In this document: positions 50,035-59,461 of the stretch, one piece after another
Layout: the number at the start of each line of letters is the position of its first letter
Position numbering within the stretch: position 1 is the first letter of the stretch
Assembly: GCA_016188965.1 (NCBI GenBank)
Contig: JACPGT010000011.1
Location: 9,798 to 73,797 of the forward strand
Direction of reading: 5' to 3'
Origin: Candidatus Micrarchaeota archaeon
Lineage (GTDB): Archaea > Micrarchaeota > Micrarchaeia > Norongarragalinales > Norongarragalinaceae
DNA length: 64,000 bases
The notes under the pieces: model-generated
The model's input: the letters and a program-made list of their open reading frames with translations, nothing else
Databases searched by the model: none
Told to the model about the DNA's origin: nothing
Program-made: the position numbers and the translations under genes

Positions 50035-51171
50035 ATGATCATCCGCGACGCCATCCACGGCGGCATCGACGTGAACCCGCTGGAAGAGCAGATTCTCGAC
50101 CACCCACTGGTGCAGCGCTTGCGGCACGTCCGCCAATTGTCCTTGGTCCATTTAGTTTACCCATCGGCATTGCACACGCGCTTTGAACACTCCCTCGGCT
50201 CCATGCACCTCTCCGGAAAACTGGCCAAGAGCCTCGGTCTGTCGGATGAACAAGTCCAACTCGTCCGCCTGGCCGGATTGCTGCACGACGTGGGACACGG
50301 CGCGTTTTCCCACAGCTCCGACCGGCTTTTAATCCAGAAGACCGGACGCACGCACGAGATGCGCGGCATGGACCTCGTCGAAAAGACGGGATTGAAAGAC
50401 GCATTGCAGCAAAACGGAGTCTCCATGCACGAGCTGCGTGAATGTTTCGAAGGAAAAGGCGGCGGCACCATCATTACGTCGGAACTGGGTTGCGACCGGA
50501 TGGACTACCTCATGCGCGACGCCTACTTCACCGGCGTGTCCTACTCCTTGCTGGACCACCAGCGCCTGTTGGAGACCATGACGCTGAAAGAAGGCCAATT
50601 GGTCATCCAGGAAAAAGGGGCCGTCGCGGCCGAAAGCCTCTTGGTCAGCCGGCACCTCATGTTCAACGCCGTCTACCTGCACCCCACGGTGCGCATCTGC
50701 GAAGCGATGGTTGAGAAGATGCTGGACACGTCACTGCAAGACGGCCAAATCACCATGGAAGGAGTCGCGCAAGGCACGGACGACGCGGTTCTGGCTGACC
50801 TGGCGGAAAAACGCAATCCGTTGGCCAACCGCCTGCTACGACGCGAATTGTTCAAGAAAGCATTTGTCCAACCCGCGGGCCAAAATCAAACGGAAAGCGC
50901 GAAAAAACAGATGCATTGCATCATCACCGACGCGCTGCAGGACGCTGACCTGGATGAAAAACAGCATGTCATCTGCCTGCCGCCGGAGAACAAGACGCAC
51001 CACGGCATCCACGTCCTGATCAAGGACGGCCGCGTCATGCCGTTGGAAAAAATTTCGAACCTAGTATCCGCCCTGAACCGTCCATCCAGCCGCGACACGC
51101 TCATTGTCGCGTGCGAGAAAGGAATGGAAGAAAAAGTAGCCAAGGCAGTGCAAACCGCTCTGGCGGACTGA
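50035..51171 (+). CDS. HD-domain phosphohydrolase (dNTPase-like)
   Basis: RDAIHG, QRLR, HTRFEHSLG, LHDVGHGAFSH, DRMDYL. Confidence 0.92.
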   Translation: MIIRDAIHGGIDVNPLEEQILDHPLVQRLRHVRQLSLVHLVYPSALHTRFEHSLGSMHLSGKLAKSLGLSDEQVQLVRLAGLLHDVGHGAFSHSSDRLLIQKTGRTHEMRGMDLVEKTGLKDALQQNGVSMHELRECFEGKGGGTIITSELGCDRMDYLMRDAYFTGVSYSLLDHQRLLETMTLKEGQLVIQEKGAVAAESLLVSRHLMFNAVYLHPTVRICEAMVEKMLDTSLQDGQITMEGVAQGTDDAVLADLAEKRNPLANRLLRRELFKKAFVQPAGQNQTESAKKQMHCIITDALQDADLDEKQHVICLPPENKTHHGIHVLIKDGRVMPLEKISNLVSALNRPSSRDTLIVACEKGMEEKVAKAVQTALAD

Positions 51172-51186
51172 AAAAAAGAAAAAAAA

Positions 51187-51435
51187 TCAGCCGATTAGGC
51201 CGACCTCTTCGACCTGGACGTTGGATACTCCGGACAAGGCCTGGACTTCCGCCTCGAAGTCGCGGCCCGAGCCATCTTCCGTCACGAAGGACGCCTGGAT
51301 GACTTTGGCGCCGAAGACGTAATCAATGACTTTCGCAGTGTTGCACTCCGACACTGCCTTGACGCGGGCGCACAACTCATCCGGGTTGACGCCTTCGTCG
51401 GGGAAGACTTTCATGACGACCATGACTTTACCCAT
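51187..51435 (-). CDS. ef1b: Translation elongation factor 1-beta
   Basis: MGKVMVVMKVFP...VFGAK...GVSNVQV; near DUF1610 gene as is usual in archaea. Confidence 0.85.
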   Translation of the reverse strand: MGKVMVVMKVFPDEGVNPDELCARVKAVSECNTAKVIDYVFGAKVIQASFVTEDGSGRDFEAEVQALSGVSNVQVEEVGLIG

Positions 51436-51557
51436 AGCACACACCTTTTGAACTAAAACCAATTGATTCGCGAGCTTACCCCTTTCTTTTTGGTTAGGCC
51501 AGCTTTTTCTTTGGAAAGAAAAAGATGACCATCCACTCCAACGGCATTGATGGCCCA

Positions 51558-51971
51558 CTACAGGCCGACGTGTTTTTTCAGGATCGAACTTTTGAACTTG
51601 TAGGTTTCAAACCCTTTGCCCCGCACCACGCGGGTCTTCAAACCGTTTTTTTCCAGGAAGGCACGGAGCGCCTCTTTATCGACGCTCTGGTCATAACCCA
51701 GCAGCAGGACATCGGGTCGCACTTCACACAGCACCAAAAACCAATCACCGGGATTTCCAAGGCGCGCCGAGTCGACGTAGCGGACGGAGGCCACCATTTC
51801 CAGGCGTTCGATTTCCGAAAACACTGGTTTTTTGCCTTTGGTTTTTTCCGCGCTGGAATCACGCGAGACGACCACGACCAGTTCGCCGCCCAGGTCTTTG
51901 GCCTGTCGGAACAAGTCCAAGTGACCGGGGTGGATGAAGTCGAACGTGCCGGCCACCATCACGCGGACCAA
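51558..51971 (-). CDS. ribL: FAD synthase / cytidylyltransferase family
   Basis: GTFDFIHPGH, VSRD, LGYDQ, KSS. Confidence 0.85.
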   Translation of the reverse strand: MVRVMVAGTFDFIHPGHLDLFRQAKDLGGELVVVVSRDSSAEKTKGKKPVFSEIERLEMVASVRYVDSARLGNPGDWFLVLCEVRPDVLLLGYDQSVDKEALRAFLEKNGLKTRVVRGKGFETYKFKSSILKKHVGL

Positions 51972-51983
51972 GGCGTTCGCACC

Positions 51984-52139
51984 TTACGGGCCGGAGAAGC
52001 CGTCGTTGTTCGGGCACGAAAAATGCGTGCCACGCTTCTTGCAGTCGTCGCAACGCGCAAGGTTCGAGCCGCACGAGGGGCAAGCAAAGCTGGTGCCGCC
52101 CAACGAACAGTCACGACCGCAGCTGATACAGGACTTCAT
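51984..52139 (-). CDS. DUF1610-type zinc-finger protein
   Basis: CISC...FACPSCG...RCDDCKK...CP...GFSGP. Confidence 0.85.
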   Translation of the reverse strand: MKSCISCGRDCSLGGTSFACPSCGSNLARCDDCKKRGTHFSCPNNDGFSGP

Positions 52140-52395
52140 AATGCAAAACACCTTCTGAAGGCTAATGGATTGAACCAACAAACCGTGCCGAAAACGGCTT
52201 TTATAGGTTGTGACATTAACGGGCCGACACAAACAGCCGCCACGTCAGCCTTAAAAGACGCGCCCGCCACCGTTTATTTCTCCGGTCCCAGCCTGCCGGC
52301 GATTCCGCGTCGCCCGTTTTTCAGTCAGAAGGAAAGACCCGAGAACCCGCGGAGCTTGCGGTTGCACCCGGCAGGGTCCGACCGTTTTGCTCAAA

Positions 52396-52469
52396 GGGCC
52401 CATAGTATAGCCTGGACAGAATGGGAGCTTGCGGAGCTTCAGACCGGGGTTCGAATCCCCGTGGGCCCG
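52396..52469 (+). tRNA. tRNA-Arg(GCG)
   Basis: GGGCCCA/TGGGCCC acceptor stem, GGAGC-TTGCGGA-GCTTC anticodon arm, GGTTCGAATCC. Confidence 0.95.
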
Positions 52470-52528
52470 TCCTCTTTTTTTCATACCAATCCCAAGCCAC
52501 AAAAAGCCTCCGTTCCAACAGAAAAGCC

Positions 52529-53671
52529 ATGCTCATCGGTTTGGTCGGCTTGCCGAACAAAGGCAAGTCCACGTTGTTCAACGCCCTCACGGGAGGCGCC
52601 GCGCAGGTCGCCAACTATCCATTCACCACCATCCAACCCAACGAGGGCATCGCCTTTGCGTCCCAGCCCTGCCCCCACGTCGTCCTGGGATTGCAGAAAT
52701 GCGACCCGAACAACAGCGCCTGCCAAAGCGGCCTCCGCAAGATACCCGTCAAACTGCTGGACGTCGCAGGGCTTGTCGAAGGCGCGCACGAAGGAAAAGG
52801 CATGGGTAACCAGTTCCTCGCCGACTTGGCGGCCGCCGACGCGCTCATCGTCGTGGCCGACGCCGCCGGAAAGACAGACGACGAAGGCAACCTTACGTCG
52901 GGACACGACCCGGCGCGGGACGTGCGCATCCTCGAAGACGAATTGCAGGCCTGGTTTGAAAGCGTGGTCAAAAAGCACGCCGTGAAGAACAAGGGAAAGC
53001 CCCTCAAGGAATTCTACGGGTTGCTCTCCGGGCTGAAGGTGTCGGAAAACGACGCCGCACACATAGCCACCGACTTGGAACTGCCATCCGAGACGTCGCA
53101 GTGGACCAAAGACGAAATCCGGGATTACGCCGAAGAGATTCGCAAGAAAAGCAAGCCCATCGTCATCGCGGCCAACAAAATGGACGCCGCGCCGGACAAA
53201 GCCGCGGCGTTGGAAACCTTGCAAAAGCGCGGCTACCCCGTCTTTGCGACTTCGGCCGAAATGGCATTGGCCAAGCAAAAAGCCGTCAGAAACGGATTTG
53301 CTCGTGAAGAAAACGGAAAACTGGTGCCTTTGAAAGAGGATGCCGCAGTGAAGGCGGCCATCGAGCGCATCAACGCGTTCGGCGACGACGGCGTGCAAGC
53401 CTTGATGGACCACGTCGTCTTCGACGTTCTCAAACAGATCGTCGCGTATCCGGTCGAGGACGAAAAACACTACGCGAACAATTTCGGCAAAGTCCTACCT
53501 GACGCTTTCCTGCTCACACAAGGCAGCACCGCCAAAGACTTGGCAGAAAAAATCCACACGGACCTCGCCGCTGGCTTCCTATACGGCATCGACGCCAAGA
53601 CCAAGATGCGCCTAGGCAAGGATACGGCTCTCAAGTCAGGCGACGTCGTCAAAATCATGTCGGCCCGATGA
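52529..53671 (+). CDS. ychF: YchF/OLA1-family GTPase/ATPase
   Basis: GLPNKGKST, NYPFTTI, DVAGLV, GMGNQFL, NKMD, TGS domain. Confidence 0.93.
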   Translation: MLIGLVGLPNKGKSTLFNALTGGAAQVANYPFTTIQPNEGIAFASQPCPHVVLGLQKCDPNNSACQSGLRKIPVKLLDVAGLVEGAHEGKGMGNQFLADLAAADALIVVADAAGKTDDEGNLTSGHDPARDVRILEDELQAWFESVVKKHAVKNKGKPLKEFYGLLSGLKVSENDAAHIATDLELPSETSQWTKDEIRDYAEEIRKKSKPIVIAANKMDAAPDKAAALETLQKRGYPVFATSAEMALAKQKAVRNGFAREENGKLVPLKEDAAVKAAIERINAFGDDGVQALMDHVVFDVLKQIVAYPVEDEKHYANNFGKVLPDAFLLTQGSTAKDLAEKIHTDLAAGFLYGIDAKTKMRLGKDTALKSGDVVKIMSAR

Positions 53672-53709
53672 CCGACCATATTATAAATAATATGAACATA
53701 AAATGAAAT

Positions 53710-54252
53710 ATGTTCAGGTCTTGGCATCGGTTCAAAGGCTGGAGCGTCCTGGAATACTTCCTCCAACATCCCACGAGCGCCATTCACGTCAACGCTTTGG
53801 CGCGACATTTGAAAATAAGCCCCCTAACAGCAAACACGTACCTGACTGAATACTTCAAAGAAGAAATGCTTGAACGCGAAGCCAAGGCCAACGCCATATT
53901 CTACCGGTTAACCGAAAACCCAATGGTGAACGCGCTGAAACGGACCTACGCACTCGCCACGCTGCACGAAAACGATTTTGTCAAATCAATCATCTCGGAA
54001 AACCCCCAAGCGACCTCGATTGTCCTGTACGGGACACGCGCATCGGGAACCTACGATGAAAAAAGCGACTACGACGTCTTGGTCTTTTCCAAGAATCCCA
54101 CATTTCCAAAACGTGCCGCGTCACGGCTCGACGCCCCCGTGAGCCTTCGCATCGTTACCGTTGGACAGTGGCGCATGATGAATCCGTCCTTCAAAGAGTC
54201 CGTCCGAAAAAACCACGTCGTCCTCTTTGGGACCGGACTGGTGATGGGATGA
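53710..54252 (+). CDS. HTH + MNT antitoxin
   Basis: HVNALARHLKISP HTH; LYGTRASG...SDYDVLV. Confidence 0.85.
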   Translation: MFRSWHRFKGWSVLEYFLQHPTSAIHVNALARHLKISPLTANTYLTEYFKEEMLEREAKANAIFYRLTENPMVNALKRTYALATLHENDFVKSIISENPQATSIVLYGTRASGTYDEKSDYDVLVFSKNPTFPKRAASRLDAPVSLRIVTVGQWRMMNPSFKESVRKNHVVLFGTGLVMG

Positions 54253-54683
54253 ACGTCCAGACGTGTTTTGAGTCCGGACTGCTCAAGCGCATACCTGTCG
54301 AGCCCGAACGGGTTCAAAGCGCGCTGGATTTAGGTCGCCACTACCTGGAACGCGCCCAGGGGAACATGAAAATGCAATACCACGACGTGGCGTTCCTGAT
54401 GGCCTACAACGCGATGCTGCAAGCCGCCAAAGCCGCGTTGTTCCACGCAGGCGTCAAGGAACGAAGCCATGTCTGTGCCGTCGCATACCTCCGAACATTA
54501 TTCGAAACCGAACCGGAAGGGCCCGACCTCGTCGAATTACTGGACACGTACCGACTCCAACGCCACCGTACACAATACGATGGAGAAACCTTAAGCCAAG
54601 AGGAAGCGGAAATGATCATCGAAGACGCGCAACATTTCCTGGACTTCGTTGAAGCGAAAACAGAAAGAAGAAAACAAAAATAA
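54249..54683 (+). CDS. HEPN-domain protein
   Basis: AYNAMLQAAKA, ERSH, RHRTQY; ATGA overlap with MNT. Confidence 0.85.
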   Translation: MNVQTCFESGLLKRIPVEPERVQSALDLGRHYLERAQGNMKMQYHDVAFLMAYNAMLQAAKAALFHAGVKERSHVCAVAYLRTLFETEPEGPDLVELLDTYRLQRHRTQYDGETLSQEEAEMIIEDAQHFLDFVEAKTERRKQK

Positions 54684-54688
54684 TTGGC

Positions 54689-55750
54689 CTAAACTTTCCG
54701 CACCAGTCTTCTTTTTCCAGGCCCGTCGACGTTCTGTTCTTCCTCGATCGTCACCAAACGCTTGTCGGCCAATTGCTCCAGGTAGCGCCGGAGCGTGCGT
54801 TCGGCCACATCCAGTTCCTTCTGCAAGTCGCCGGAATACTTCGGCCCGGCCTCCAAAGCGGCCAGGATCGATTGCTCGCCTTCCAAAGCGCCGGCCATGC
54901 GTTTTTTGACCGAAGCGTTCAGCGCGTCGTGTTCAGCCATGGCCGCCCGTACGTCATCCGGCGTCACTTTCAGCGCGCCGCGCCGCTCGGCCGCCTTGCC
55001 TGATTTCCACAACACGTCCAACGCCACGCGGGCGTCGCCACCGGTCTTCGCCGAATACGCCGCGCACAGCGCCACGGCCTCTTCCGGGCACGCGCCCATC
55101 TTGAACGCCTTGGGCAATCGGTCGCGCAGGATGGATTTGAGCTCCAACGGCGAATAGCGGGGAAAATCCAACGGTTGCAATGAAAGCGAGCTTCTCACGC
55201 GGGAATCGAGTTTTTCGAACACGTCCGGCGTGTTGGTGATGGCCACCACCACGATGGGCACCGGCGAGCGCGACACGTCGTACAGCAATGCTTCTTCTTT
55301 CTTGTGGAAAAGCCGGTCGGCCTCGTCCAGCACCAGCACCAGGCGAATGTCGTTCTTCTGGATGAACTGCAGCAAGTCGGTGCGGACCTCGTCAGTGGCC
55401 AGGCCGCGGCGGGGCACGACCAAGCCTACCAACCGAGCGGCTTCGGCCAGGACGGACTGTTGGGTGTAATGCTGCCAGCAGTTGACGTATGCCACGTGGA
55501 CGCGTTGCGCATATTCTTTGAATTGCTGCAGCACGTACTTAGCTGAACTGGTCTTGCCCGTTCCTGGCGGGCCGAATATCAGCACTGAAGACGCCTTGCG
55601 CCCGGAGGCAAACGGACGCAACGCCATGGCCAGCTGTTCAATCTGTTTTTCGCGTCCCGGAAGGACGTCGGGCAGGAATTCAGGCGACAGGGCGGATTCG
55701 TCACGGAACACGCCGGACGCAGGCATTTCGTCAAAGACGTTGGAAGACAT
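54689..55750 (-). CDS. cdc6: Orc1/Cdc6 family replication initiator
   Basis: LSPEFLPD.LPGRE, GPPGTGKT, YVNC, LDEAD, RVRS, GDAR. Confidence 0.9.
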   Translation of the reverse strand: MSSNVFDEMPASGVFRDESALSPEFLPDVLPGREKQIEQLAMALRPFASGRKASSVLIFGPPGTGKTSSAKYVLQQFKEYAQRVHVAYVNCWQHYTQQSVLAEAARLVGLVVPRRGLATDEVRTDLLQFIQKNDIRLVLVLDEADRLFHKKEEALLYDVSRSPVPIVVVAITNTPDVFEKLDSRVRSSLSLQPLDFPRYSPLELKSILRDRLPKAFKMGACPEEAVALCAAYSAKTGGDARVALDVLWKSGKAAERRGALKVTPDDVRAAMAEHDALNASVKKRMAGALEGEQSILAALEAGPKYSGDLQKELDVAERTLRRYLEQLADKRLVTIEEEQNVDGPGKRRLVRKV

Positions 55751-55853
55751 GGGGACACAAGCTTAGGCCAAAAAGCCAAATAAAACGGGCGGTTAACGGA
55801 GAGAAGCGAGGGCCAAACGGCCTTTAAATCCGTCCGAATCCAAGAAGGCTTCC

Positions 55854-56666
55854 ATGCTTAAAAACTGGTGGAGGCTGACCCGCGCCGAGCACGGACTCAT
55901 CGTTTTCTTAGCCATTCTCGTCAGCCAGTTCGTCGTCACCAAGGCCCTGACGGCCGCCATGATTTGGCCGGCCGTCGGACCCATGCTGATCACGTGGGGT
56001 GCGTTTGCCTGGAACGACTACTTCGGCTACAAGTCGGACAAGGCACTCAACCGGAAGGACCGCCCCTTGGTCGCCGGCACCATCACACCTAGAGTGGCGC
56101 TGTGGGTTGGCTCGGCCCTTATGATCCTGGGCGTGGCCTTGACGTACCCCGTCGGCGTGGCCGCCTTCGGCATCGCCATCGTCTACACGGCATTGAGCAT
56201 GGCGTACGACCTGTTCCTCAAGACCCGGCCCTTGTTAGGCAACCTGTTCATCGCCTCATCCATGAGCATCAGCTTCATTTACGGCAACTACGCCGCCTCC
56301 GACACGCTGCATCCCTACGTTTTGCTGTACGCCGGCGTGGCTTTTTTCGCCGGCCTGGGACGCGAACTAATCATCACGCTGCGTGACGTCGAGGGCGACA
56401 AAAAAGCCGGCGCCACCACGTTGCCCATGCTGCTCGGCCCGCGCGTGACGGTCACAGCCGCCTCCGCGCTCATCTACGGCGCCGCCGCGTTGAGCCTGGT
56501 GCCTTTGTTGCGGCCCGTCAGCATTCCCTACATCGCATTGGCCGTGCTCACGGATGCACTGTTCCTGGTCTCAACGTACTACGTCCTGTTGAGCCAGAAG
56601 CTACAGAACCTCAACATGCATGGGAGGGTTGGCGTTCGCGGCGCTAGGGATTTAGAAAAAAAATGA
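55854..56666 (+). CDS. Digeranylgeranylglyceryl phosphate synthase (UbiA); C-terminus possibly frameshifted
   Basis: NDYF...D..NRKDRPLVAG, GREL...DVEGD...TTLP. Confidence 0.85.
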   Translation: MLKNWWRLTRAEHGLIVFLAILVSQFVVTKALTAAMIWPAVGPMLITWGAFAWNDYFGYKSDKALNRKDRPLVAGTITPRVALWVGSALMILGVALTYPVGVAAFGIAIVYTALSMAYDLFLKTRPLLGNLFIASSMSISFIYGNYAASDTLHPYVLLYAGVAFFAGLGRELIITLRDVEGDKKAGATTLPMLLGPRVTVTAASALIYGAAALSLVPLLRPVSIPYIALAVLTDALFLVSTYYVLLSQKLQNLNMHGRVGVRGARDLEKK

Positions 56667-56703
56667 AGACGGCGAAAAATAGGAAAAGTAAGCCTGGCCG
56701 TTT

Positions 56704-56991
56704 TTAGCCCAAAACGTCCATTTTGCCGAATTTTCCGAGGGTCAGTTGGGCCTTGTCCTGCCACGTGTTGACGTAGCCGTTGGTAATCTTGACCTTGCTG
56801 CCTTCCTTGACCATGTCGATCTGGTCGTTCCAGAGCACCAGCGTGATGGTGCCGGAATCGTCCTGGATCGTGGCGTTGGCGACGCGAAGGGCACGGCCCA
56901 TCTTGTTGATCTCGCGCGGCGGCTCGATGCCCACGACTTCGGCATCCAAATTGACGCTGCCCATTCCAGGCGTAAGCTCGTTGATCTTCAT
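56704..56991 (-). CDS. ssb: Single OB-fold ssDNA-binding protein
   Basis: MKINEL, DDSGTITLVLWND, NGYV...LTLGKFG. Confidence 0.88.
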   Translation of the reverse strand: MKINELTPGMGSVNLDAEVVGIEPPREINKMGRALRVANATIQDDSGTITLVLWNDQIDMVKEGSKVKITNGYVNTWQDKAQLTLGKFGKMDVLG

Positions 56992-57070
56992 ACCATTCCA
57001 CCCACGTTGTTTAAGTAAAGACAACTGGGACGGCCGCGCGTTAAAAGCGTTTCGAGCCGCCGACACGGAC

Positions 57071-57234
57071 CGCCCTCTTGGGAAAGCCGATGGACCGGAT
57101 GTAATAGGCCCAGCCGGCTTGCGGGTCGTCGAAAAGATAGTCAAGGACCGACGTGGCCATCAGAGTGACGGCGCGTGAAGCCGCTTACCGGCAAGGCACC
57201 GGGGTGAAAAACATCCACGAACGACACAGAGGGG
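57071..57234 (+). ncRNA. Candidate structured non-coding RNA
   Basis: GC-rich intergenic stretch after a TTAAAAG box; CCCTCT/AGAGGG closing stem and several internal complementarities. Confidence 0.4.
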
Positions 57235-57339
57235 AGTAGTCGAATCAAAAGCCGCCTCGCGGGGGGAACGACAACGGATTTAAAAATCCGGGTTGGCGAA
57301 AGTATGACTACAACTCATTCTTATCCGGAGATGATTTCC

Positions 57340-58389
57340 ATGAAAAACGCCGAAGAAACCCTCAAGGCCCTTAGCCTGATGCACGCGCCTACTGGGCAGG
57401 AAAACGAAGTTGCCGATTTCATGGAGAAAAAATTCAAAGCCTGCGGCTTTTCGGTGACCCGCGACACCTTGGGCAACGTCATCGGCCGCAAGGGAAAAGG
57501 AAAGAAAGTCATGGTCGCCTCGCACATGGACGAAATATCCATGGCCGTCAAGAGCATCACCGACAAGGGCTTCCTCAAATTCGTCAAAGTCGGCGGCATT
57601 TACGATCCGATGCTCATCGGCGCTCGCGTCTTGGTCCACGCCAAAGAGCGCCGCATGGGCGTGGTCGCAAGCAAAGCCCCGCACGGCATGGACGGCGAAG
57701 AGATGAAGAAGATACAAGAGGCCAAGGACCTCTACATCGACATCGGCGTTTCGAGTAAAAAAGAAGCGGAAAAACTCGGCATCCGGCCCGGCACGCACAT
57801 CACGTTTTCCGGCGAATTCAGCCGCCTCAACGAACACTGGGTCAGCGGCAAGGCCTTTGACAACCGCGTGGGCTGCACGGTCAACTGTGGCATCGCAGAG
57901 GCCTATGCCGACAAACAACCGCCCGTGGAGTTGTGCCTGGTCGGCTCGGTCCGTGAAGAAAGCGGTCTGTTCGGCGCGGGCGTGGCCACGTTCGCCATCG
58001 ATCCGGACCTCGCCATCGCGGTCGACGTCACGCACGCCTTTGGCGCACCGGGCGAAAGCGAGGAAGACATCCCCGTCGGCCTGGGCAAAGGCCCAGCGTT
58101 GGCCATCCTGGAAGGCGGCGGCTACGGCCTTATCACGTCCAACGACGTGGTCGAATGGCTCGAATCGGTCGCCAAGAAAGCGAACATGACGCTGCAAATG
58201 GAGATTTCCGAGCGCGGCGCGTCCGACGCCTCGCGCATCCAATACATCCGCCACGGCATGCTCACGGCCTCCGTCGGCGTCCCGTTGCGCTACATGCATT
58301 CGCAAGTGGAAGTCGTCGACGTGCGCGACATCGTGCAGACCGTCAAGTTCATGCAAGGCGTCATCGAGGAATTCCCCAAACGCAAGTAA
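57340..58389 (+). CDS. M42 (TET-like) aminopeptidase
   Basis: SHMDEI, KAFDNR, REE, AVDVT, SDA, RYMHS. Confidence 0.93.
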   Translation: MKNAEETLKALSLMHAPTGQENEVADFMEKKFKACGFSVTRDTLGNVIGRKGKGKKVMVASHMDEISMAVKSITDKGFLKFVKVGGIYDPMLIGARVLVHAKERRMGVVASKAPHGMDGEEMKKIQEAKDLYIDIGVSSKKEAEKLGIRPGTHITFSGEFSRLNEHWVSGKAFDNRVGCTVNCGIAEAYADKQPPVELCLVGSVREESGLFGAGVATFAIDPDLAIAVDVTHAFGAPGESEEDIPVGLGKGPALAILEGGGYGLITSNDVVEWLESVAKKANMTLQMEISERGASDASRIQYIRHGMLTASVGVPLRYMHSQVEVVDVRDIVQTVKFMQGVIEEFPKRK

Positions 58390-58450
58390 GACGCGCAAAC
58401 AGCCACGCCATAAAGAAAGCCACAAAAACCCCGGCTCCGTCTCTTTATTC

Positions 58451-59452
58451 ATGGCATCCCAAACGCCGTCCCGGCTTTCCCGGCTCACGCCGCTTCTGTC
58501 CAAGCACCCGGTCTTTTTGTCGTCGTTCTACCACGAGAACCCAAACACCTACTACTTCACCGGCGTGCAGGAAGATTGGTTTGCCGTCTTAGTGACGCAG
58601 GACGAGACGGTCGCCTACGGCATAGGGCCGGAAGGCGGGTATGACTTCGCTGACCGGACCATCGTCCCGCGGGACATGCGCAAGCACTTCTGGCACTACC
58701 TGGAAAAACACAAGATCAGAAAACTAGGGGTGGACGAGTCGGACGGCTTGCTGCTGAACCGCCTGTTGCAGAAAAAAATCAAGCCCGTCGGCCTGCATGA
58801 GGAATTCCTCAAGATCCGCACCTTCAAAGACGCGCACGAGAAAGCCTGCATCGCCAAGGCGCAACACCTGACCAAAGCGTGCTTCAACGCGGTGCGGCCG
58901 CACATGGTCGGCAAGAGCGAGAACCACGTCGCCGGACTTCTGGAACTGCAAGCGCGCATGCGCAACGTGCGATTTGAAGCATTCCCGCCCATTATCGCCT
59001 CCGCGGCCAATGGCGCTATACCTCACCACCGTCCCGGCTCACGCAAGATCAAAAAGTCCGACCCCGTCGTGGTGGACATCGGCGTCAAGTACGAGCACTA
59101 TTGCGCCGACTTCACCCACACGGTCTACGAAGGCCGCAACGCGCAAACAAAAGACGCAGTGGACGCCGTTAAAGAAGCCTACAAAGCGGCCCGGAAACGC
59201 GCAAAACCCGGCGTGAAAGGACACGTCCTCAACGACGCGTCGCTGGACGTCATCAAGGAATACGGTTTTGAGAAGCACAGCCACCGCCAACTCGGCCTGC
59301 GCATCGGACACCACGTGGGCCTCGACGTGCACGATGGCACTGGCGGACTGGAAGAGCAGACGCTAAAAAAAGGCATGGTCTTCACCATCGAACCGGGCAT
59401 CTACATCCCCGGAAAATTCGGCGTGCGGTTCGAAGACATCGTACTGCTCTGA
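58451..59452 (+). CDS. Xaa-Pro aminopeptidase (M24)
   Basis: PHH, DIG...YCADFT, GHHVGLDVHD, TIEPGIY, VRFED. Confidence 0.92.
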   Translation: MASQTPSRLSRLTPLLSKHPVFLSSFYHENPNTYYFTGVQEDWFAVLVTQDETVAYGIGPEGGYDFADRTIVPRDMRKHFWHYLEKHKIRKLGVDESDGLLLNRLLQKKIKPVGLHEEFLKIRTFKDAHEKACIAKAQHLTKACFNAVRPHMVGKSENHVAGLLELQARMRNVRFEAFPPIIASAANGAIPHHRPGSRKIKKSDPVVVDIGVKYEHYCADFTHTVYEGRNAQTKDAVDAVKEAYKAARKRAKPGVKGHVLNDASLDVIKEYGFEKHSHRQLGLRIGHHVGLDVHDGTGGLEEQTLKKGMVFTIEPGIYIPGKFGVRFEDIVLL

Positions 59453-59461
59453 TACGAACCG

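Noticed and set aside
55751-55853. Replication origin next to cdc6
   Set aside because: Only ~100 bp, not AT-rich, and no ORB-like GTTCCAGTGGAAAC/G-string seen
57060-57290. RNase P RNA, SRP RNA or group I intron
   Set aside because: Diagnostic conserved motifs not found on either strand; kept only as an unknown ncRNA candidate
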